Of a DNA stretch of 64,000 nucleotides, positions 61,201 to 64,000 are shown piece by piece. The translations under genes and the position numbers were made by a program. Within the stretch, counting starts at the first letter, position 1, and each line of letters opens with the position of its first letter. Source of the DNA: Somniosus microcephalus (Eukaryota); the NCBI GenBank assembly GCA_052327205.1, contig JBMRGM010000037.1:55490001-55554000 (forward strand). The letters are read 5' to 3'. Under the pieces are notes generated by a model. The model ran no database searches, had not been told where the DNA came from, and saw only the letters and a program-made list of their open reading frames with translations.

Positions 61201-63620
61201 ATTAGGCCACATACTGCTTGGAGAATAAGAGTCTAAATGGGGATTTACAGGAGCAGAGGGATCTGGGGGTTCAGATACACAATTCACTAAAAGTAGCGAC
61301 ACAGGTTAATCTGGCCATAAAAAAGCAAACAAAGCACTGGGGTTCATTTCCCGAGGGATTGAATTGAAAAACAGAGAAGTTACGTTAAACTTGTATAAAC
61401 CCTTAGTTTGGCCACACTTCAGAAAGTACTTCATTGGCTGTGAAGCGCTTTGGGATGTCCTGAGGTGGTGAAAGGCGTTGTATGGTAACAGGCTTGAGAG
61501 TGGGTGCTGAATGGGCCCACTCCTGTTCCTATGGTAACGGGCTCGAGGGGCTGCATGGGCCTACTTCTCTTCCTATGGTAACACGCTCGGAGCGGGTGGG
61601 TGGGTGCTGAACGGGCCCACTCCTGTCCCCAAGTTGCTTAGCATGCCAGAGGTGTGATGTGCTCAGATCCTCAATCCCACCCATTCCCGAGCTCTGCCTC
61701 TCCTTTCTCCAGATCAGACGGCCGGTGAGTGCCCCACCCCAGGGCGCCTCTCCATGATGTGCGAGCTGAAGTTTGCGGAGCTGTGCGAGGACGACGACGA
61801 TTGCTACGCCTGGCAGACCTGCTGCAACACCACCTGCGGCAGGCGATGTGTCCATTCGTTCCACAGCAATGGTAAGCTAACCAATCGGGTCTTTGCCCCA
61901 TCACCCGGTGATGGAGGGTGGAGAGGGGGTCAGGAGAGGCGGGGGTGGGGGTGGGGAGCTAACCAATCGGGTCTTTGCCCCATCACCCGGTGATGGAGAG
62001 TGGAGAGGGGGTCAGGAGAGGTGGGGGTGGGGAGCTAACCAATCGCGTCTTTGCCCCATCACCCGGTGATGGAGAGTGGAGAGGGGGTCGGGAGAGGTGG
62101 GAATGGGGGTGGGGAGCTAACCAATCGGGTCTTTGCCCCATCACCCGGTGATGGAGGGTGGAGAGTGGGCCGGGAGAGGCGGGGGGTGGAGGTGGGAAGC
62201 TAACCAATCGGGTCTTTGCCCCATCACCCGGTGATGGAGGGTGGAGAGGGGGTCAGGAGAGGTGGGGGTGGGGAGCGAGCTCCAGATTAGAGGCATCGAA
62301 CCGAACTGTGTATCACTGCCCACATCGGGCACTGTGACCTGTTATCCTCTGGTACCAAAGGTCCAATCCAGATTCAGAGGAGAGGGAGGGCACCAGTCTG
62401 TCTGATATAAGAACACAGGAACATAAGAATTAGGAGCAGGAGTCGGCCATTCGGCCCCTGCAGTCTGCACTGCCATTCAATAAGATCATGGCTGATCTTC
62501 TACCTCATCTCCACTTTCCCCCACTATCCCCATATCCCTTGATTCACATCGTGTCCAAAAATCTATCGATCTCGGTCTTGAATATCCTCAACGACTGAGC
62601 CTCCACAGCCCTCTGGGGTAGAGAAATCCAAAGATTCACCTCCCTCTGAGTGAAGAAACTTCTCCTCATCTCAGTCCTAAATGGCCGACCCCTAAACCTG
62701 AGACTGTGACCCCTGGTTCTATACACTGCAGCCAGGGGAAACAGCTACTCGGTATCTACCCTGTCAAGCCCTCTGAGACATTTATACATTTCAATGAGAT
62801 CACCTCTCATTCTTCTAAACTCCAGGGAGTATCGGCCCAATCTACTCAATCTCTCTTCATAGGACAACCCTCTCACCCCAGGAATCAATCTAGTGAACCA
62901 TCGCTGCGCCCCGTCCAAGGCAAGTATATCCTTCATCGGGTAAGGAGACCAAACTGACGGGGGCAGTGGGTCAGGCACCGTGACCTCTCACCCACTGGGT
63001 ACCTCGGGTCAAACCCCTGTGCCTAAGGAGACGGAGGGCACCTCCCTGTCTGACGGGGGCAGTGGGTCAGGCAGCGTGACCTCTCATCCACTGGGTACCT
63101 CGGGTCAAAACACAGTGCCTAAGGAGATGGAAGGCACCTCTCTGTCTGACGGGGGCAGTGGGTCAGGCACCGTGACCTCTCACCCATTGGGTACCTCGGG
63201 TCAAACCCCAGTGCCTAAGGAGATGGAGGGCACCTCCCTGTCTGACGGGGGCAGTGGGTCAGGCAGCCTGACCTCTCACCCACTGGGTACCTCGGGTCAA
63301 ACCCCAGTGCCTAAGGAGATGGAGGGCACCTCCCTGTCTGACGGGGGCAGTGGGTCAGGCACTGTAGACCTGACCAAGCCCCCGGTGCCCACCTTCAGCC
63401 TCAGCCCAGTCAAGCAGCGATCAATGGCTGGAGGGAAGCAATAACCAATCCGCTCTTTCTACAGGGCATGAACGAAGATGCCCGGAATCTTCCAGACTGA
63501 CTCACATCTGCACGATGAGCTTCAACACCCAGTGCAACAACGACAGCAGCTGTGAGGGTTGGCAGACTTGTTGCGATGCCAGCTGTGGAAACAGATGTGT
63601 ACCTAAGTTCCTCACCAGAG
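4084..63620 (+). CDS. Multi-exon gene (partial, 18 internal coding exons) encoding a giant tandem WAP/four-disulfide-core (WFDC-like) domain protein
   Basis: 18 exons, each preceded by a pyrimidine-rich tract + AG and followed by GT. All lengths are multiples of 3, all are phase 1-1, and there are no stops within exons or at junction codons. Each encodes C-X9-C-X7-C-X5-C-X5-CC-X3/4-C-X3-C, matching the WAP 8-Cys pattern. No start or stop exon was found in the window. Confidence 0.85.
4295..6936. repeat. 31-bp minisatellite (ggccccaggctccaggggtcagagtctgata)
   Basis: Tandem periodicity starting just after the exon 1 donor. Confidence 0.95.
6937..9225. repeat. 19-bp G-rich minisatellite (ggggtgggctaggagtgat / ggggtgagctaggagtgat)
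   Basis: Tandem 19-mer with homogeneous sub-blocks of variants; strong G-skew. Confidence 0.95.
9405..10210 (-). mobile_element. CR1 LINE 3' fragment (antisense)
   Basis: Minus-strand translation RDLGVLVH...ALVRPHLEYC...RRMRGDLIETYK. Confidence 0.9.
10234..10392 (+). CDS. WAP-like exon 2 (GGKPGECSPASRLRFVCNSTMGKECEGESNCGRWQTCCSTPCGARCVFKSFRG)
   Basis: ctttgcag|GA ... GGAG|gtgagt, 159 bp, canonical WAP KPGxC start. Confidence 0.92.
10408..11040. repeat. 67-bp satellite, ~9 copies (fills intron 2)
   Basis: Same unit as 1470-4022. Confidence 0.93.
11075..11272 (+). CDS. WAP-like exon 3 (EDGSCPRPDMLARVCNSTFGKVCEADGDCDGSQTCCDAGCQKRCVPSFFGKFHGGSSSNKPSKSST)
   Basis: ctctggtgtag|AG ... ACAG|gtttgt, 198 bp. 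The donor is weaker than the others but in phase and conserved in the duplicate exon 15. Ser/Gly-rich linker tail. Confidence 0.82.
11300..11935. repeat. Polypyrimidine low-complexity tract (ctcactcccc-type)
   Basis: Almost purely C/T with a recurrent ctcactcccc motif; fills intron 3. Confidence 0.9.
11979..12158 (+). CDS. WAP-like exon 4 (EWNAKKCPDVSRLERVCKMNHSEPCEDDEDCGKWKQCCKTSCGNRCVHSFLGHGQSAALS)
   Basis: tatcgcag|AA ... TCAG|gtaaaa, 180 bp. Confidence 0.9.
12465..14484 (+). mobile_element. Internally deleted Gypsy LTR retrotransposon (LTRs 12465-12715 and 14219-14484; gag start fused to integrase)
   Basis: TG...CA LTRs, 5-bp TSD ccctg, PBS tggtgtcagaagtg (tRNA-Leu-like) and PPT aagaaagggaga. 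Integrase HHCC (H-GHLG...CTIC) and DDE core (TDNGPQF, QSNGLVE). No protease, RT or RNaseH. Confidence 0.92.
15362..22798 (+). mobile_element. Full-length but decayed Gypsy (Mag-like) LTR retrotransposon (LTRs 15362-15512 and 22617-22798)
   Basis: 5-bp TSD atagg, PBS tggcgacgag (tRNA-Ser-like), PPT aaaagggaaggaa. Gag from ~16107 has two CCHC knuckles. Protease LDTGS, RT YLDD, RNaseH CDAS, integrase (HIDFAGPF, TNGLAERF). Multiple stops and frameshifts. Confidence 0.95.
18853..21295 (-). mobile_element. 5'-truncated CR1 LINE nested in Gypsy pol
   Basis: Minus-strand ORF2 pieces 19869-21295 and 19158-19835. The Gypsy pol frame (…TVKG | WPAYGDS…) resumes exactly on the other side. Confidence 0.93.
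24415..24890 (+). mobile_element. Degenerate CR1 fragments followed by the 3' end of a Deu-domain SINE
   Basis: Decayed CR1-like segments (agggatctgggggttcagatacac). The segment cacttcagaaagtacttcattggctgtgaagcgctttgggatgtcctgagg resembles, from memory, the DeuSINE 3' region. Confidence 0.6.
25117..25275 (+). CDS. WAP-like exon 5 (DQTAGECPAPGRLSMMCELKFAELCEDDDDCYAWQTCCNTTCGRRCVHSSHSN)
   Basis: cctttctccag|AT ... AATG|gtaagc, 159 bp. Confidence 0.92.
25279..25940. repeat. 82-bp tandem repeat (agctaaccaatcgggtctttgccccatcacccggtgatggag...), ~8 copies
   Basis: 82-bp period starting within the exon 5 donor region. Confidence 0.92.
26070..26612 (-). mobile_element. CR1 LINE 3' fragment (antisense)
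   Basis: Minus-strand WSPY...RRMRGDLIEMYK. Confidence 0.88.
26613..27118. repeat. 96-bp tandem repeat, ~5 copies
   Basis: tgacgggggcagtgggtcaggc recurs every 96 bp. Confidence 0.92.
27219..27374 (+). CDS. WAP-like exon 6 (GHERRCPESSRLTHICTMSFNTQCNNDSSCEGWQTCCDASCGNRCVPKFLTR)
   Basis: ctttctacag|GA ... AGAG|gtaaga, 156 bp. Confidence 0.92.
27382..28477 (-). mobile_element. Probable solo LTR (ERV/LTR-element type), antisense
   Basis: AT-rich 1.1-kb block with inverted termini tgaagggata ... tattccttca and flanks taagag/caagag (TSD-like). Minus-strand TATAAA at 28015-28020 and AATAAA at 27726-27731. Confidence 0.65.
28492..28612. repeat. Two degenerate 67-bp satellite units
   Basis: tttactctgtatctaacc...gtgtttgatggg. 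Confidence 0.8.
28667..28816 (+). CDS. WAP-like exon 7 (ATQCPSSSRLDSFCEMKLGDVCESDADCLAWSSCCDADCGKRCVPRFFMA)
   Basis: tatcttccag|CG ... GCCA|gtgagt, 150 bp. Confidence 0.9.
28999..29590. repeat. Compound (GT)n microsatellite with an inserted LINE 3' end
   Basis: (gt)n / gtatctgagt tracts on both sides of 29227-29458. Confidence 0.9.
29227..29458 (+). mobile_element. Heavily 5'-truncated copy of the non-LTR element at 30854-32364
   Basis: ctatgttacagcttgccat.aacagagggacaacca...gccaataaagcgatttg is shared with 32141-32347; (ttgta)n tail. Confidence 0.85.
29706..30385. repeat. 30-bp minisatellite (gagggagaccctcgatttaggggcggtccc)
   Basis: 30-bp periodicity upstream of exon 8. Confidence 0.92.
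30470..30622 (+). CDS. WAP-like exon 8 (KDDTCPAPHRLAPMCDLKLGDQCKGDKDCDVWQTCCDSKCGKICIASFTDN)
   Basis: gggttccag|AG ... AATG|gtaaga, 153 bp. Confidence 0.9.
30683..30853. other. Assembly gap (171 N)
   Basis: Run of n. Confidence 0.99.
30854..32364 (+). mobile_element. Non-LTR retrotransposon 3' half (RT C-terminus + CxxC..HF..C finger; clade uncertain, possibly RTE-X-like)
   Basis: ORF 30885..32180: LLCADDLVLL (YADD variant), YTYLG, HSLAIEKGR...RICSHC...ETEMHFLTAC. AATAAA then a (ttgaa)n tail. Confidence 0.88.
32395..35320 (+). mobile_element. CR1 LINE ORF2 (endonuclease + RT), decayed
   Basis: ITETW, YRPPN, GDFN, SDH, DFQKAFDKVPH and FADD motifs across frameshifted ORFs; ttctatgtttcta tail. 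Confidence 0.93.
35325..35640 (-). mobile_element. Deu-domain SINE remnant (SacSINE1/AmnSINE1-like), antisense
   Basis: The reverse complement reads gtactgagggagtgctgcactgt...gagacgttaagccgaggccccg...gatgtaaaagattcc...aggggagttctccc...attgctgtttgtggg...tttcctacattac...gtgactacacttcaaaa. This matches the DeuSINE consensus as recalled; no search was run. Confidence 0.75.
35603..40350. repeat. 33-bp satellite (cagtacagcacctccgacagtgcagcactccct), ~140 copies
   Basis: 33-bp period; explains the ~1000-aa repetitive ORFs on both strands. Confidence 0.96.
40408..40560 (+). CDS. WAP-like exon 9 (DEDDECPNSYRARHICSKNSSKACSSDEDCSSWMQCCDVGCGKRCVYSSSY)
   Basis: ttcttgcag|AT ... TACA|gtaagg, 153 bp. Confidence 0.9.
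40675..41890. repeat. ~30-bp minisatellite (ctgtgtctgataggcccaggctccaggctc)
   Basis: Tandem periodicity downstream of exon 9. Confidence 0.93.
42370..43725 (-). mobile_element. Old antisense CR1 fragment with an internal ~99-bp segment amplified ~10x (42623-43555)
   Basis: The repeat unit translates on the minus strand as RFTRMVPGMRDFSYMERLEKLGLFSLEQRRLRG (CR1 ORF2 C-terminal region). It is flanked by further CR1 sequence. Confidence 0.88.
43752..43907 (+). CDS. WAP-like exon 10 (KKSQQCPTTSTLSKVCTMKLGDECEGDGDCDSWQMCCDAGCGKRCVFKSFKG)
   Basis: tcttcctttacaag|AA ... GGAG|gtgagg, 156 bp. The acceptor is AAG, less common than YAG, so the 5' boundary is slightly uncertain. Confidence 0.83.
43908..44534. 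repeat. ~25-bp minisatellite (gtgaggagtccccgcagtttgtggg) beginning at the exon 10 donor
   Basis: 25-bp period, ~25 copies. Confidence 0.92.
44535..47754 (-). mobile_element. Young, near-complete CR1 LINE (ORF1 SGNH-esterase C-terminus + ORF2 EN-RT)
   Basis: 817-aa ORF 44685..47138 is in frame with 47166..47480 across one stop. ORF1 fragment contains DGLHLN. Nearly identical to the CR1 at 18853-21295. Confidence 0.95.
47765..51487. repeat. 67-bp satellite, ~55 copies
   Basis: Same unit as 1470-4022. Confidence 0.95.
51547..51699 (+). CDS. WAP-like exon 11 (ENSSCPAPSRLGPMCDVNYGKECEDNDDCDLWLTCCDAGCGKRCVHRASRH)
   Basis: gccttacag|AG ... CACA|gtaaga, 153 bp. Confidence 0.9.
51945..53832 (+). 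mobile_element. Older + strand CR1-group LINE 3' part interrupted by an antisense CR1
   Basis: QQDLDDIQAWADKWQVTF at ~51980 continues at ~53183 (LGVTIDQKL..., YKAQVSSVMEYSPLAW). Confidence 0.8.
52055..53182 (-). mobile_element. CR1 LINE 3' part (antisense), nested
   Basis: ORF 52287..53021 and the FADDTK motif; taagaacataagaaca tail. Confidence 0.9.
54186..54347 (+). CDS. WAP-like exon 12 (KMRDRKCPEPSTTQHICDKAQSEKCETDEDCGGWKQCCEVGDCGKRCVYTYHTT)
   Basis: tttttaaaaacag|AA ... ACCG|gtgaga, 162 bp; CC-X4-C variant. Confidence 0.88.
54360..54548. repeat. 20-bp G-rich minisatellite (gggagagtccgcgggagggg)
   Basis: Tandem 20-mer after the exon 12 donor. Confidence 0.9.
54675..54827 (+). CDS. WAP-like exon 13 (duplicate of exon 1)
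   Basis: Same splice sites. 3 substitutions vs exon 1 (D>N, H>Y, one synonymous). Confidence 0.9.
58765..58923 (+). CDS. WAP-like exon 14 (duplicate of exon 2)
   Basis: ctttgcag|GA ... GGAG|gtgagt; G>V change. Confidence 0.9.
59602..59799 (+). CDS. WAP-like exon 15 (duplicate of exon 3)
   Basis: ggtgcag|AG ... ACAG|gtttgt; N>H plus one synonymous change. Confidence 0.82.
60135..60314 (+). CDS. WAP-like exon 16 (duplicate of exon 4)
   Basis: tatcgcag|AG ... TCAG|gtaaaa; three synonymous changes only. Confidence 0.9.
61713..61871 (+). CDS. WAP-like exon 17 (duplicate of exon 5)
   Basis: cctttctccag|AT ... AATG|gtaagc; A>T, S>F, one synonymous. Confidence 0.9.
63465..63620 (+). CDS. WAP-like exon 18 (duplicate of exon 6)
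   Basis: ctttctacag|GG ... AGAG|gtaaga; one synonymous change. Confidence 0.9.
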
Positions 63621-64000
63621 GTAAGAGTGAAGGGATATTTACGAGTCGGAGCCCCTTTAGGGCTACCCCGGATCAGGCGTATTTCTCAGACATTCACTTT
63701 CAACTAAAGTTTGAGGTAGCCCAATCCTAAAGATGCTTAATTGGGTCTAAAGGGCTGGGCTATCTCTCCCTAAAGGAAAGGAACAACCCGGGAATGTTAC
63801 CGACCTCCAGATAGCGCTTTTAATAAGTTTAGCTAACATCCCGGATATTATGAGAGTCCGGAAAACTCCCTCAGAATTCTGCAACTCTTCACCAAAGTGT
63901 GTACAGTGATTGAGTTCACAAGTTTTTGGTACAGAAGACTTTTGCGAGACAATTCTAAAAACATATCGAGATTTATTGAAGAACTGACATGCAATTTACA

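Larger units (their letters stand above)
54550..64000 (+). repeat. Segmental tandem duplicate of ~3960-27754 (exons 1-6 with their introns, lacking the Gypsy insertions)
   Basis: Colinear exons, minisatellites (54890-55810, 55811-57737, 58939-59565, 59830-60095, 60355-61005, 61875-62280, 62955-63365), CR1 fragments (57935-58740, 62410-62954) and the solo-LTR start (63628-64000). Confidence 0.93.

Noticed and set aside
4084-63620. Assigning a known gene symbol (WFDC2/3, SLPI, ANOS1, WFIKKN)
   Set aside because: No FN3, Kunitz, Ig or other partner domains were seen, and the domain number and motifs do not match any gene I can recognise.

Overview
Eukaryotic, repeat-rich vertebrate genomic DNA. 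It is most likely a cartilaginous fish, inferred from the CR1 LINEs, Deu-domain SINE remnants and a 67-bp satellite; this was not verified by search. The main signal is hidden from the ORF track: 18 short + strand exons (150-198 bp, all AG/GT-bounded, all phase 1-1) spread over 4.1-63.6 kb. Each exon encodes one 8-cysteine WAP/four-disulfide-core-like domain with fixed spacing C-X9-C-X7-C-X5-C-X5-CC-X3(4)-C-X3-C. Spliced in order they give an uninterrupted 2937-nt (~979-aa) poly-WAP frame with neither start nor stop in the window. Exons 13-18 are ~99% identical copies of exons 1-6, so there is a 12-exon (~50 kb) internal tandem duplication, and an older 3-exon periodicity lies inside it. The introns hold exon-specific minisatellites, satellites derived from a SINE and from CR1, two Gypsy LTR elements (one with a nested CR1), several CR1 LINEs, another non-LTR element, a probable solo LTR and a 171-N assembly gap. 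All long ORFs in the track are either retroelement ORFs or tandem-repeat artefacts.
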